Source: Candidatus Saccharimonadota bacterium (lineage in GTDB: Bacteria > Patescibacteriota > Saccharimonadia > Saccharimonadales > Saccharimonadaceae). From it: a stretch of DNA of 64,000 nt. Shown here one piece after another: positions 24,755-35,197 of the stretch. The stretch covers positions 250,865-314,864 of the forward strand of contig JAPLYU010000001.1 of NCBI GenBank assembly GCA_026395405.1, written 5' to 3'. Both the position numbers and the translations under genes were made by a program. The notes beneath the pieces were generated by a model. It worked only from the letters and a program-made list of their open reading frames with translations, was not told where the DNA came from and ran no database searches. The first letter of the stretch is position 1. The number at the start of each line of letters is the position of its first letter.

Positions 24755-25929
24755 ATAAAAAAATAAAAGTTTATGTCGGAATGAGTGGCGGCGTAGATTC
24801 GTCGCTGGCAGCGGCTTTGCTGGTTGAACAGGGATACGAAGTTACCGGTGTTTATATGAAGAATTGGACGGCCGATTTACCGGGTATGAAGTGTCCTTGG
24901 GCCGATGATTTAGCCGATGCCAAGCGAGTTGCAGTGCAGTTGGGGATTGATTTTAAGGTATTTGATTTTGAAAACGAGTATAAACACAAAGTCGTCGATT
25001 ATATGATTGCCGAATACAAAAATGGCCATACGCCGAACCCGGATATTATGTGCAATCAAGAGGTAAAATTCAAATTATTCTTAGATGCTGCGCTAGAAGA
25101 TGGCGCCGATATGATTGCAACAGGTCACTACGCAAGAGTAGAACATAGCGATGGCGATTCGCCCATTACTTCATCGTCACTGCTTCATGCCGGGTTGAAT
25201 CAGGGCCCCGGCGCCTTATTAAACTTGGATTCCAGGGTTTCCGATGAAATAACGAGCAAATCGCCGTTGCAAACTGGAGTTCTGAAACAAGCCGTAGATA
25301 AAAACAAAGATCAAACTTACTTTTTGTATAGGGTTACGGGTGAGGCTATGTCGAAAACATTATTCCCAGTTGGTGAACTTACCAAACCTCAGGTGCGAAA
25401 AATGGCGGATGAACGCGGCCTAACAACCGCTGTTAAAAAAGATTCCCAGGGGATTTGCTTTATAGGTCAAATCGGCATCCGTGATTTTCTAAGTTTATAT
25501 GTTGACGCAAAACCCGGCGAAATTATCGATAAAAAATCAGGGAAAGTTTTGGGTCGTCATGATGGAGCGATTTTTTATACTTTCGGCCAACGTCACGGTA
25601 TGGATTTGGGTGGAGGTATGCCGTATTACGTTGTCGGCAAAGATATGGACAAGAACGAAGTTTACGTCACGACCGACCTGAATGACGATACTTTATGGAA
25701 GAAAACAATAAGTTTAACCGATTTGCACTGGATTAACCAGGCTCCGGTTGATGGAAAGTACGAAATACGAGTCCGACACCGCGCACCCCTCGTGTGGGCC
25801 GTAGTGAGCTCAGGCGACAATAACACGCTAAAATTATCTCTGAATAACCCAGAACGAGCCATCGCCCCCGGTCAATCCGTCGTCATTTACGACGGCGACA
25901 CCTGCCTCGGCGGTGGAATCATTATCTAA
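24745..25929 (+). CDS. mnmA: tRNA 2-thiouridine(34) synthase
   Basis: PP-loop VGMSGGVDSS, TPNPDIMCN, ATGHYAR, KDQTYFLY and QGICFIG motifs. It carries an extra roughly 45-aa Ser/Leu-rich insert between ATGHYAR and KDQTYFL. Confidence 0.9.
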   Translation: MVVDKKIKVYVGMSGGVDSSLAAALLVEQGYEVTGVYMKNWTADLPGMKCPWADDLADAKRVAVQLGIDFKVFDFENEYKHKVVDYMIAEYKNGHTPNPDIMCNQEVKFKLFLDAALEDGADMIATGHYARVEHSDGDSPITSSSLLHAGLNQGPGALLNLDSRVSDEITSKSPLQTGVLKQAVDKNKDQTYFLYRVTGEAMSKTLFPVGELTKPQVRKMADERGLTTAVKKDSQGICFIGQIGIRDFLSLYVDAKPGEIIDKKSGKVLGRHDGAIFYTFGQRHGMDLGGGMPYYVVGKDMDKNEVYVTTDLNDDTLWKKTISLTDLHWINQAPVDGKYEIRVRHRAPLVWAVVSSGDNNTLKLSLNNPERAIAPGQSVVIYDGDTCLGGGIII

Positions 25930-25985
25930 CGAAAAAAACCTTCCCCCCTGTGGATAAAAAGGATAAAAAGGACGGACCTTTTTCC

Positions 25986-26013
25986 CCGCCTGTCTGAATA
26001 CAGTTCGGGCAGG
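25986..26013 (+). repeat. strand-specific G-U hairpin motif (ccgcctgtctg ... cgggcagg), solo copy
   Basis: Same stem sequence as the hairpins at 57253-57282 and 58306-58335. The T-G pairs are compatible only with plus-strand RNA folding. Confidence 0.5.
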
Positions 26014-26124
26014 ACACCTTAGGGCGATGACAAATATACAACAGACAGAAAGTCTAGACTTTTTGTTGTTCTAGGTAAATTTACTGGTGGCCGATAATTG
26101 AAAAGAATGGTAAAATTAACAGAT

Positions 26125-28083
26125 ATGAAACCACAGCAAATACGAAGCGAATATTTGAAATTTTTTGAGCAGCGCAACCACGCGATTATTAATCCGGCCA
26201 AACTAGTCCCGGATAATGACCCGACAACATTATTTACCGGAAGTGGTATGCAATCCTTGTTACCATATCTACTAGGCGAAAAACACCCGGAAGGTGTTCG
26301 TTTGGCGGATAGCCAGCCATGTTTCAGGGCTCAGGATATCGACGCCGTTGGCGACAATCGACATACGACATTTTTTGAAATGTTGGGCAACTGGAGTTTG
26401 GGCGACTATTTCAAAGAACAGCAAATTCACTGGTTTTTTGAGTTTTTGACCGAAGTTATCGGGCTCGATGCAAACAGACTTTATGTCAGCGCGTTTATCG
26501 GCGATGAAAAAAATGGGATACCACGCGATGACGAAGTTGCCGATATCTGGAAAAAAGTATTTGAAGAAAAGGGGATAAAGGCTGAAATTGTTGAAATCGG
26601 CACCCAGGAAGATGGCAATAAACGCGGAATTCATGATGACGAGCGTATCTTCTTTTATGACGACAAGGAAAACTGGTGGTCCCGTGGTGGCAGCCTAGGT
26701 AAGACCCCAATCGGCGATCCTTGCGGGCCAGACAGCGAAGTATTTTATGATTACGGCCCGCAAAACCACAACGAAGGATACGGACTTGCGCACCCTGCCA
26801 GTGATAGCGGACGATTTGTTGAAATTGGCAACCAAGTATTTATGCAATACCGCAGGCTAGAAGATGGCAGTTTTGAACCACTAGCCAGTAAAAACGTCGA
26901 TTTCGGCGGAGGCCTAGAGCGAATCTCGGCAGCATCGATTGACAGTCCGGATATGTTCAAAACCGCTCTGTTTTGGCCTATTATCGAAAAACTTCAAAAG
27001 CTTAGCAAAAAAGGCTACGAAAACCATCGCGAAAGCATGCAAATCATCGCCGACCATTTACGTGGTGCTACATTTTTGGCTGTTGACGGTGTCGCACCCA
27101 GCAACAAAGAACAAGGATATGTCATGCGCAGGTTCCTGCGCCGGGCTATTCGTTTTGCGTTTGAACTGGGTATCGAACAGAACTTTTTATCCGAAGTTGT
27201 GCCGGTAATAGCTGATTTATACGCCGATGATTATCCGGAAGTCAAAGCAAAACGAGAAGAGGTCATAACATTACTCGTGAGAGAGGAAAAGGTCTTTAGG
27301 CATACCCTGAGGAAAGGACTCCAGGTCTTCGAAAAGATAATGATGAGTCCGATATCATCTGGTATTGTTGATAATTCAGAACTTTACGACCATAAAGATC
27401 GATTCAAAGTCGAGTACAAGAAAACAATGGATGCTGAAGATATGTTCAGGCTGTATGATACTTTTGGATTTCCTGTTGAACTTATTAAGGAAGAGGCGTT
27501 CATGAAGGGTATTGCTATTACGGATGATACACAGCGCGGGTTTGATGATTTGATGGAAGAACAACGCGAGCGCTCAAGGACTGCGGCAAAGGGAACGTTT
27601 AAGGGCGGGTTATCCGGCGACAGCCTGATGCATAAAAAATACCACTCGGCAGCACATCTGATGGGGCAGGCACTTCGCGATGTATTGGGCGAGGGTGTTG
27701 CGCAAAAAGGCGCCAATATTACAGACGAACGACTACGTTTTGACTTTTCTTGGCCAGAAAAAGTAAATCCTGAACAAATTAAACAAGTCGAAGATATAGT
27801 AAACGAACAAATCGCCAAGGATTTACCGGTGACATTTGCAGAATATCCACTAGCCGAAGCTCGCGCTATAGGCGCATTCGGCGAATTTGGTGATAAATAT
27901 GGTGAAAAAGTCAAAGTTTATCGAATGGGTGCCGAAAACGAAAAACCATATAGCTTGGAAATTTGTGGCGGTCCTCACGTTGACCATACCGGACAACTTG
28001 GCGAGGGTGGCAAAAAATTCAAAATTACCAAAGAAGAATCCTCATCCGCAGGTGTTCGTCGAATAAAAGCTATTCTGATTTAG
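26125..28083 (+). CDS. alaS: alanyl-tRNA synthetase, compact form
   Basis: IRSEYLKFFEQRNH, FTGSGMQ and HTTFFEMLGNWSLGDYFK (catalytic core). Editing-domain HSAAHL and CGGPHV motifs. Start placed at MKPQQIR. The TTG at 26098 or the ATG at 26107 are alternatives. Confidence 0.85.
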   Translation: MKPQQIRSEYLKFFEQRNHAIINPAKLVPDNDPTTLFTGSGMQSLLPYLLGEKHPEGVRLADSQPCFRAQDIDAVGDNRHTTFFEMLGNWSLGDYFKEQQIHWFFEFLTEVIGLDANRLYVSAFIGDEKNGIPRDDEVADIWKKVFEEKGIKAEIVEIGTQEDGNKRGIHDDERIFFYDDKENWWSRGGSLGKTPIGDPCGPDSEVFYDYGPQNHNEGYGLAHPASDSGRFVEIGNQVFMQYRRLEDGSFEPLASKNVDFGGGLERISAASIDSPDMFKTALFWPIIEKLQKLSKKGYENHRESMQIIADHLRGATFLAVDGVAPSNKEQGYVMRRFLRRAIRFAFELGIEQNFLSEVVPVIADLYADDYPEVKAKREEVITLLVREEKVFRHTLRKGLQVFEKIMMSPISSGIVDNSELYDHKDRFKVEYKKTMDAEDMFRLYDTFGFPVELIKEEAFMKGIAITDDTQRGFDDLMEEQRERSRTAAKGTFKGGLSGDSLMHKKYHSAAHLMGQALRDVLGEGVAQKGANITDERLRFDFSWPEKVNPEQIKQVEDIVNEQIAKDLPVTFAEYPLAEARAIGAFGEFGDKYGEKVKVYRMGAENEKPYSLEICGGPHVDHTGQLGEGGKKFKITKEESSSAGVRRIKAILI

Positions 28084-28147
28084 AATTAAATATTACGACT
28101 GCTAATGTTATACTAAGCTTAACAATTTGTTAAGGACCTGGTTTCCC

Positions 28148-29770
28148 ATGGCATATAAAAAATCAAAACAATCCGCTTTTACTATCGTCGAACTTCTAGT
28201 CGTCATAGTAGTTATCGGCATCTTAGCTGCCATTACAATCGTGACTTACGCAAATATATCCCAAAAAGCCACCGTTGCATCAATCCAGTCAGATTTATCC
28301 AACGCCCAAACCCAATTAAAACTGTTTCAAACCGATAACACGGCATTTCCAAACTCCGTTACTGACTGTCCAGTTCCATCAACCGGTAGTTTATGTCTTA
28401 AAGTAAGTTCTGGCAACACTATTTCCAGTTATTCAGCTAATAACTCAGCTAACCCGCAAACCTACAGTTTATCTGTTATGCACGGTAGCACCATATACAC
28501 CGTTACTAGCACTACCGTTCCAACTACCCTTGCTTCGGCTCCACTTTCCCCGGTAGCTGACTGGTTGGCAATGGCCCAGGGTGATCATTATGGTAATGTG
28601 TATGATTTGATAGGTAAACAGTGGGCTACCGTAGCTAGGGTTGGTCCAAAAACTATCTACGACCCGGGGACAAACCACGTATATGACGTACCCGATAATT
28701 ATTTGGGGATAAACCCGCGTAGCGATGGTAAGTCGGGTTCCGAGGCAGAATTCGAAAATACGGGGACTAATTATATAACCAACTCGTACTTCAATACCGA
28801 CTCAAACAGTGACGGCTTAGCAGATAGTTGGGGTGAGACCAATAAGGCAACCTCGGGCGCGACCACTTACACATTATCAAACAGCAGCATATATGGAAAA
28901 GCCCAGAGAGCTCAATACACGGGTCAGGCCGGTGATTCTAACAGCGGTTTTGACCTTCGTTCGTTCAGTAGCGCATCTTTTGTTGCAACCGACCCGGTCA
29001 CGGAGTCGATATTTATAAAAGGTGCTTGCACCGGATGCACTGTAAAATTATGGGCTGTCAGTTATCCTGATTATGCGACCGTTGTAATGTCCAGCGCGAT
29101 AGCCTTGACCAATCAATGGCAAAGAGTGTCCGTAAGTGGGGTAGTCCCTGCCGGTGATACTAATATGTATTTGTATATTCAAGTCAGAGCGGTTGATACG
29201 GCAGACGTATTAGATATTAGCTTGTCGGCCGCCCAAGTGGAAAAAGCGGCGTATACAACTTCTTATATCCCGACAACTGCCGCTATTGCTACGAGGAACG
29301 CCGATTCAACTACAATACCAACCACAAATTGGAATGCCGATACAGGAGCTTCTGTTGTAGTGGCGGGCGATAACCCGTGCCGAGCGTCGGGTGGCTGTGC
29401 GGGTGGCTATTGGCGTGTAAGTTCGGGTAGTAATAACCTCCGGACGTATGCTGGATACACATCATCATATTTAACAGAGGACTATAACGCATCGACTTAT
29501 TATGACTCTCGTGGGATAACGGCGGGATATCATACTCGGGCTGGTCGATGGGACAACGGAAATACCATTCGAAGCTATGTTGATGGCGTTGCTGGAGCTA
29601 GAACTGACGTATATACCACATTATCACCGTTTGCTGGGACTGCGATGTTGGGTGCGTATAACAGCTCAAACTATTTTAATTCCAATATCCAACGGTTCAC
29701 CTTTTACTCGTCAGCACTATCAGACGCAGACATCATGACCGCTAGCAACGCTGTCAAAGATGGCCCATAG
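28148..29770 (+). CDS. type IV pilin-like protein fused to CBM-like jelly-roll and LamG-like domains
   Basis: Class III signal KQSA/FTIVELLVVIVVIGILAAI. Mid-region NSYFNTDSNSDGLADSW...QWQRVSVSG resembles carbohydrate-binding jelly-rolls of tail-fibre-type proteins. C-terminal ...RSYVDGVAG...NIQRFTFYSSALSDADI is LamG-like. Confidence 0.75.
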   Translation: MAYKKSKQSAFTIVELLVVIVVIGILAAITIVTYANISQKATVASIQSDLSNAQTQLKLFQTDNTAFPNSVTDCPVPSTGSLCLKVSSGNTISSYSANNSANPQTYSLSVMHGSTIYTVTSTTVPTTLASAPLSPVADWLAMAQGDHYGNVYDLIGKQWATVARVGPKTIYDPGTNHVYDVPDNYLGINPRSDGKSGSEAEFENTGTNYITNSYFNTDSNSDGLADSWGETNKATSGATTYTLSNSSIYGKAQRAQYTGQAGDSNSGFDLRSFSSASFVATDPVTESIFIKGACTGCTVKLWAVSYPDYATVVMSSAIALTNQWQRVSVSGVVPAGDTNMYLYIQVRAVDTADVLDISLSAAQVEKAAYTTSYIPTTAAIATRNADSTTIPTTNWNADTGASVVVAGDNPCRASGGCAGGYWRVSSGSNNLRTYAGYTSSYLTEDYNASTYYDSRGITAGYHTRAGRWDNGNTIRSYVDGVAGARTDVYTTLSPFAGTAMLGAYNSSNYFNSNIQRFTFYSSALSDADIMTASNAVKDGP

Positions 29771-30455
29771 TTAAATGTTGTTTTATATATCCAAGTTCTA
29801 TATCTATTTCATCAGCCGAATCCAGCACACTTTCTATTATGATTGGTAAATCAACGTTTGGTACAGCACTTATTATCATGTCTTGTTTTGTTTTGAATAG
29901 CGGCTCATGAAATGTCCCAAAACCGCTAATATGCAACTCTTTAATTTTAGGTTTAAATGCCTTTACTAAATCATCTGACAGCTCCATTGTCGGGTCATTC
30001 GTGAAGGAATGATTAATATCGAAAACCATCGGGACGTCGAAAATAGTAAAAACCTTCTGTAAATCCTCGACATTTTTGCAGCTTTCCCTGCGACTATCCA
30101 TATTCTCGACGGCAAAGGGCAAACCTATATCCTTTAAAAAGCTAAAATCATCAAACATATCTGGGTGCAATACGACTGCATCAAAAGGTACCTCACGGTG
30201 CATTTTTTCAATTGCCTTCATTGCTTTTATATATTCACTTTTTTTGCCTTCTCGATAAATTGGGGCATGAACGGACGTATATTTAAAACCTTTAATATCC
30301 GAGGCCTTAAGTTTAATAAACCTTTCGATATCTGGGAGTCTATGAATCATTATCTCTATTGCGTTACAGCCACCTCTTCTAAAGAGGTCAATCGTTGCCG
30401 GGTCAAGAGAGTCGTGGGTGTTATACAGGCACCCCGTTGAAAATCCAATTATCAT
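29754..30455 (-). CDS. xylose-isomerase-like TIM-barrel protein (sugar phosphate isomerase/epimerase or AP-endonuclease-2 superfamily)
   Basis: GFSTGCL, NAIEI, HAP, VVLHP and FAVENM beta-strand-end motifs. It overlaps the convergent pilin gene by 17 nt. Confidence 0.55.
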   Translation of the reverse strand: MIIGFSTGCLYNTHDSLDPATIDLFRRGGCNAIEIMIHRLPDIERFIKLKASDIKGFKYTSVHAPIYREGKKSEYIKAMKAIEKMHREVPFDAVVLHPDMFDDFSFLKDIGLPFAVENMDSRRESCKNVEDLQKVFTIFDVPMVFDINHSFTNDPTMELSDDLVKAFKPKIKELHISGFGTFHEPLFKTKQDMIISAVPNVDLPIIIESVLDSADEIDIELGYIKQHLTMGHL

Positions 30456-30525
30456 GGTTCAATTTTAACATTATCTTTTAGCCTATGTGAGCACAAGCGC
30501 CATTAGTATATAATGGTATGTAACT

Positions 30526-31791
30526 ATGGTATTCAAAAAACTGCGAAACATGCGAAAAGAGAACGCGTCGGATGATTATATCGTGGCGCTGGATATTGGA
30601 ACCGAATACGTCAAAGCTTTGGTTGCTAGGCTAGATGGTGAAGAGTTAAATATCGTCGGTGTTGGACGTACCCACCAGCAAATTAGCGACATGCATTCCG
30701 GTGCCATTGCTGATATTTCCGGAGTTGTTCGAAACTGTGAAGACGCACTGGCTGACGCCGAAGACCAGTCCGGAATTCAGGCGAAAAACGTAGTTATTGG
30801 AATTGCCGGCGAATTAGTTAAAGGGGTGACTAATACTATTCGTTATCGTCGACCACAGCCTGACAGGCCACTGGATACGTCCGAAATGGAATTTATTATC
30901 GAAAAAGTCCAGGAACGTGCACAGAACAAGGCGCAAAAACAGATTGCATTGGAAACCGGTAACGAAGATGTCGAAATCAAACTAGTTAACAGCGCGCTAG
31001 TCAGTATTCACATTGATGGTTATAAAGTAAGTAATCCAATCGGTTTTCAGGGCCATGATGTGGCTGTCCAGATTTATACGGCTTTTGCACCGATGGTTCA
31101 TATAGGTGCACTAGAGCGAGTTGCCGATGAATTATCACTTGAACTTCTGGCAGTTGCAGCCGAACCTTTTGCTGTCAGTCGCAGTGTGCTGGGGAACGAT
31201 GCAAACAGTAATTTTACGGCAATCTTGGCCGATGTTGGTGGCGGAACAACCGATATTGCTGTTGTTGACGATGGCGGTGTCGAAGGTACAAAGATGTTTG
31301 GTATTGGAGGCCGAAGTTTTACTCGTACAATCGCCAGTGAAATGAATATAGCATACGACGACGCCGAAAAACTAAAGGTAAATATTGAAAGTGACAAAAT
31401 AAAACCCGCCGTAGTCACAGACGTTAATAAGGCCATCGATAAATCATTAGAGGTCTGGGTTTCCGGTGTTGAACTGGCATTAAGTGAATTTGATTCAGCC
31501 GACCACTTGCCGAATAGGATTCTATTATGTGGCGGTGGTTCCAGCCTAACCAGATTAGTTGAAGCTTTGCAGAAACAGGAATGGCACAAAGACCTGCCGT
31601 TTACGAAAAAGCCGACGGTTCATCATATTCATCCTTCAGATGTCGCCGGAATTAACGATTTGACCGAACTTGCGAACGACCACACATACATTACGGCCAT
31701 GGGTTTGCTGCGGGTTGGCTATGATACAATTGTTGGCGGTGGCGAAGGCAGCACAATGAAGGAAAAGTTAAACAAGATTCTGCGAATCTAA
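30526..31791 (+). CDS. ftsA: cell division protein FtsA (actin-like ATPase)
   Basis: VALDIGTEYVKALV, GIAGELV, ADVGGGTTDIAV and LCGGGSSL phosphate/adenosine motifs in the FtsA order. Confidence 0.75.
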   Translation: MVFKKLRNMRKENASDDYIVALDIGTEYVKALVARLDGEELNIVGVGRTHQQISDMHSGAIADISGVVRNCEDALADAEDQSGIQAKNVVIGIAGELVKGVTNTIRYRRPQPDRPLDTSEMEFIIEKVQERAQNKAQKQIALETGNEDVEIKLVNSALVSIHIDGYKVSNPIGFQGHDVAVQIYTAFAPMVHIGALERVADELSLELLAVAAEPFAVSRSVLGNDANSNFTAILADVGGGTTDIAVVDDGGVEGTKMFGIGGRSFTRTIASEMNIAYDDAEKLKVNIESDKIKPAVVTDVNKAIDKSLEVWVSGVELALSEFDSADHLPNRILLCGGGSSLTRLVEALQKQEWHKDLPFTKKPTVHHIHPSDVAGINDLTELANDHTYITAMGLLRVGYDTIVGGGEGSTMKEKLNKILRI

Positions 31792-31792
31792 C

Positions 31793-33478
31793 ATGAATAA
31801 AGATATAATTTACATCGATACCGAAGATGACATCACGGCAATAATTGGCAAAATCAAAAAAGCCAATGAAAAGATTGTTGCGCTGGTTCCCCCAAAGCGA
31901 ACCGGGGTTTTACAAAGTGCAGTGAACCTGCGGCTACTTTCACGCATGGCCAAAAAAGAAGGCAAGGAATTAGTGTTGATTTCAGCTAACAAAGCATTGA
32001 TTGCACTTTCGGCTGCTGCTAAAATCCCTGTCGCGAAAAACTTGCAAAGTAAACCAGAAATTGCCGAAATTGCAGCTTTGGAAGTTGATGACGGAGAAGA
32101 TATAATCGATGGTTCAAATCTACCCGTAGGCGATTTAGTTAAGATTTCTGAGAAAAAACCGGGTGATGACATTGCCAAAGACCTTGGCTCGATTGACATT
32201 GATGATGAAGCGGTAGGATATGTGCCCCCATCTGCAGCAGGTTCTGATGATAAAAAACCAGCTAAAATTGCTAAACCAAAAAATGGAGTTAAAGTACCCA
32301 ATTTCGGCAAATTCAGGAAAAAATTATTCATGGGAATCGCTGCCGGAATTTTATTCATTATCTTTTTGATTTGGGCGATTTGGTTTGCGCCATCGGCTAA
32401 AGTGATAATTACCGCCAAAACCCAAGCAGCCCCAGTTAGTATGACGTTGAACTTGGGCGGAACTGCACCAACAAATATAAGTACCAACACAGTTCAAACT
32501 GTAACCAAACAGATTAAAAAAGATTTAAGTGTTGATTTTACGGCGACAGGCTCCAAGACGGTTGGTACAAGCGCTAAGGGGAATGTGATATTCAAAAACT
32601 GCGAGACACTTTCACCTCAAACAATCGCATCAGGGACCACCATCACCTCAAATGGACTGAGCTATACTACTCAATCCTCGGTTACCGTACCAGCTGGCAC
32701 TGGCGGTTTCGGTGGATGTACCGCCGCTGGGGTATCAACTCCGGTTGCCGTCATGGCCTCAGATATTGGAAGCAACTATAATACTGCAAATGGAACAACC
32801 TTTTCTGTTGCAAACCATTCCAATAGTTCCGGAGTGTACCTGAGGGCAGTTGCAACTACTGAAATTACCGGAGGAGAAAGTCATCAAGCGACAGTCGTTA
32901 CAGCCATTGATGTCCAAAAGGCTAAACAGGCGTTGGTCGACCAAAATAATAGTGATGTAAAAAAACAATTAACACGACAATTTACGAATGGTGAAACGGT
33001 TGTAACCGACAGCTTTAAGGCCGATTATTCAGACGCAACGTCTGTACCGGCGATTGATGCAGAGGCGACTGGTGGTAAGGCAAAATTAACTTCTCCAACC
33101 ACCTTTTCAATGACTGCTATCGCAAAATCTGAGCTAGTGGCGTTCCTGCGTGATGCAATCACTAAACAAATGGACGCATCTAAAAACCAACGAATTTATG
33201 ATGATGGTTACAGTAAGGTTGTCCTGTCGGGATATCAAAGCGGCGACAATGGGGCAGCTACTGTTAACGTAGCAACAACTGGTCAATTCGGCCCCAATAT
33301 CGACAAAGAGGCTATAAAAAACCAGGTAAAGGGAAAGAATTTCGGTGATGCTCAAGCCCTACTCAGCAGTATAAATAACGTCAGTAACGTCGATATAAAA
33401 TTCCCTTATTTCTGGGTGACTACTATCCCAAATGATACTAACAAGATAACCGTACAATTCCAGATTTCAAATGCCTAG
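31793..33478 (+). CDS. hypothetical bitopic membrane protein, possibly baseplate-J/gp47-like beta-rich ectodomain
   Basis: Cytoplasmic N-domain, one TM helix (GIAAGILFIIFLIWAIWFA), then a Thr/Gly/Val-rich region with GNVIFKN...ASGTTITS...VTVPA...VAVMASDIGSNYN. The family call is tentative. Confidence 0.5.
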   Translation: MNKDIIYIDTEDDITAIIGKIKKANEKIVALVPPKRTGVLQSAVNLRLLSRMAKKEGKELVLISANKALIALSAAAKIPVAKNLQSKPEIAEIAALEVDDGEDIIDGSNLPVGDLVKISEKKPGDDIAKDLGSIDIDDEAVGYVPPSAAGSDDKKPAKIAKPKNGVKVPNFGKFRKKLFMGIAAGILFIIFLIWAIWFAPSAKVIITAKTQAAPVSMTLNLGGTAPTNISTNTVQTVTKQIKKDLSVDFTATGSKTVGTSAKGNVIFKNCETLSPQTIASGTTITSNGLSYTTQSSVTVPAGTGGFGGCTAAGVSTPVAVMASDIGSNYNTANGTTFSVANHSNSSGVYLRAVATTEITGGESHQATVVTAIDVQKAKQALVDQNNSDVKKQLTRQFTNGETVVTDSFKADYSDATSVPAIDAEATGGKAKLTSPTTFSMTAIAKSELVAFLRDAITKQMDASKNQRIYDDGYSKVVLSGYQSGDNGAATVNVATTGQFGPNIDKEAIKNQVKGKNFGDAQALLSSINNVSNVDIKFPYFWVTTIPNDTNKITVQFQISNA

Positions 33479-33881
33479 GTCTATCACAGCAATTTGTTTG
33501 GATATTGGAGAAAAGCGCATCGGCGTGGCTGTCGGTGATAGTGATGTTCGTATTGCCGTACCTTTTGACACAATTGACGTTGATGGGACCGAGATTGAAA
33601 CTATCGCCGAGGTTTTATTAAAAGAAAAAGCCGACGTTTTAGTAATCGGTTATCCTCGTAATCAATCTGGCGAATCTACGGCTCAGTCAAAGTTCGTCGA
33701 ACAGTTTGCCGCAAAACTAGCAGACGTTGCTCCAAATATTGTTTTTCAAGACGAATCATTGACAAGTGTTATCGCAGAACAGCAGTTGGCTGCATACGGC
33801 CGGCCATATAAAAAAGCCGACATCGACGCCCAAGCGGCAGCAATTATTTTACAAGATTATCTGGAGGCGAATTATGCCTGA
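33471..33881 (+). CDS. ruvX: Holliday junction resolvase-like protein RuvX/YqgF
   Basis: ICLDIGEKRIGVAVGD, VIGYPRN.SG and DESLTS motifs. Confidence 0.85.
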   Translation: MPRSITAICLDIGEKRIGVAVGDSDVRIAVPFDTIDVDGTEIETIAEVLLKEKADVLVIGYPRNQSGESTAQSKFVEQFAAKLADVAPNIVFQDESLTSVIAEQQLAAYGRPYKKADIDAQAAAIILQDYLEANYA

Positions 33882-35019
33882 ATCTAAACCGGTTATTAAA
33901 CATAAACAACAGCCGATTAATGGTCAGCCGAGCGGGCTTAAAATACCTAAAAATTCACCAATACACAAAAACTGGGGCCTAATAATCAGCCTTGCGGTAG
34001 TTGCTTTGATTATAATTTCAATCATTTGCGGATACATTTGGTTCCAATTCCAACTTTCGCCAGCAGGCAGCGATAAACACCAATACATTAAAATCAAGGT
34101 AGCAGAAAATAGTACTTCCAGTCAGATAAGTCAGCAGCTGCAAGACAAGAAAATTATTCGAAGCGCATTGGTTTTCGATCTTTACGTCAGACTTTCCGAT
34201 AAGGGCGGCAAGCTCCAAGCCGGTACATATCGCTTGTCTCCTGCCGATTCTACCTCTGAGATTATCAACCACTTTACTAAAGGTTCCGTCGATAAGTATG
34301 AGATAACATTTTATCCAGGCGCAACACTGGTAGATAATTCAAATAAGACCGTGAAACAAGACGTAACTAGCGTGCTTAAAAAAGCCGGCTATACGCAGGC
34401 AGAAATAACCGAGGGGTTAAATGATACATACGACACCGCTAGTGACAAGATTTTATTTACCGGTAAGCCTGCGGAAACAGACCTAGAGGGCTATATATTC
34501 GGTGATACCTATTCAATCAACGACGGAGCTTCGGTACATGAAATTTTGCAACGAACAATGGATAAATTTTATAAAGTAGTTGTCGATAATAATTTGATAA
34601 CCAGCTACAAGAGTCACAACCTGAGCCTATATCAAGGTATAACGCTAGCTTCAGTTGTTCAGCGTGAGGCAAACAAAGTCGAGGACCAAAACCAGGTCGC
34701 CCAGGTCTTTTATTCCAGATTGGCCAAAGGGATGACACTGGGGTCGGACGTAACTTACCAATATATTGCCGATAAAACAGGTGTTGCGCGTGATCCTAAT
34801 CTAGATTCGCCATATAATACCCGTAGATTTACAGGACTACCCCCTGGACCAATTGCTTCACCGGGCATATTTGCACTACAAGCAGTCGCAAATCCTGCCA
34901 GTGGTGACTATCTGTTCTTCCTAGCAGGAGATGATGGTGTGATGTACTATGCTCGCACCAGTGCCGAACATGATGCCAATATCACCAAGTACTGTAAAAT
35001 TAGTTGTAGTACGCCATAA
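33874..35019 (+). CDS. mltG: endolytic murein transglycosylase MltG (YceG family)
   Basis: N-terminal TM helix. LASVVQREA and SPYNTRRFTGLPPGPIASPG motifs. The ATG at 33874 overlaps the ruvX stop by 8 nt, so the upstream extension in the ORF track is rejected. Confidence 0.85.
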   Translation: MPESKPVIKHKQQPINGQPSGLKIPKNSPIHKNWGLIISLAVVALIIISIICGYIWFQFQLSPAGSDKHQYIKIKVAENSTSSQISQQLQDKKIIRSALVFDLYVRLSDKGGKLQAGTYRLSPADSTSEIINHFTKGSVDKYEITFYPGATLVDNSNKTVKQDVTSVLKKAGYTQAEITEGLNDTYDTASDKILFTGKPAETDLEGYIFGDTYSINDGASVHEILQRTMDKFYKVVVDNNLITSYKSHNLSLYQGITLASVVQREANKVEDQNQVAQVFYSRLAKGMTLGSDVTYQYIADKTGVARDPNLDSPYNTRRFTGLPPGPIASPGIFALQAVANPASGDYLFFLAGDDGVMYYARTSAEHDANITKYCKISCSTP

Positions 35020-35021
35020 AT

Positions 35022-35050
35022 TGACATAAATAGCAAGGGTTGGTATACTA
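35022..35050 (+). promoter_or_regulatory. near-consensus sigma-70 promoter upstream of the LysM-CHAP hydrolase gene
   Basis: TTGACA, then a 17-nt spacer (taaatagcaagggttgg), then TATACT. It is followed by a leader of at least 145 nt before the first possible start codon. Confidence 0.6.
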
Positions 35051-35197
35051 GGTGACAGCACATTTGTGGTTTAGTCTACTGGTGCAGTTTATTTTTATAA
35101 CTGCGGGTGGGTAACACGAATCATAAATGAGCCTACCAATAAATGTCGTACGGGCGCAACAATCTAGAACTAATATTATTTAATATAAAGGTCGAAG

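Noticed and set aside
25930-26124. A possible T-box leader upstream of alaS, suggested by the tggtggccg segment.
   Set aside because: I could not find a specifier loop, an AGAGA/GNUGGA box arrangement or the conserved 14-nt T-box sequence with a terminator/antiterminator alternative. The spacer is better explained by two hairpin repeats.
35051-35197. Assigning the LysM-CHAP leader to the cyclic-di-AMP (ydaO) riboswitch class.
   Set aside because: The context fits, but by eye the pseudo-twofold ACGGGG / CCCGAA-type conserved cores are not recognisable. I kept it only as an unclassified long leader in the findings.
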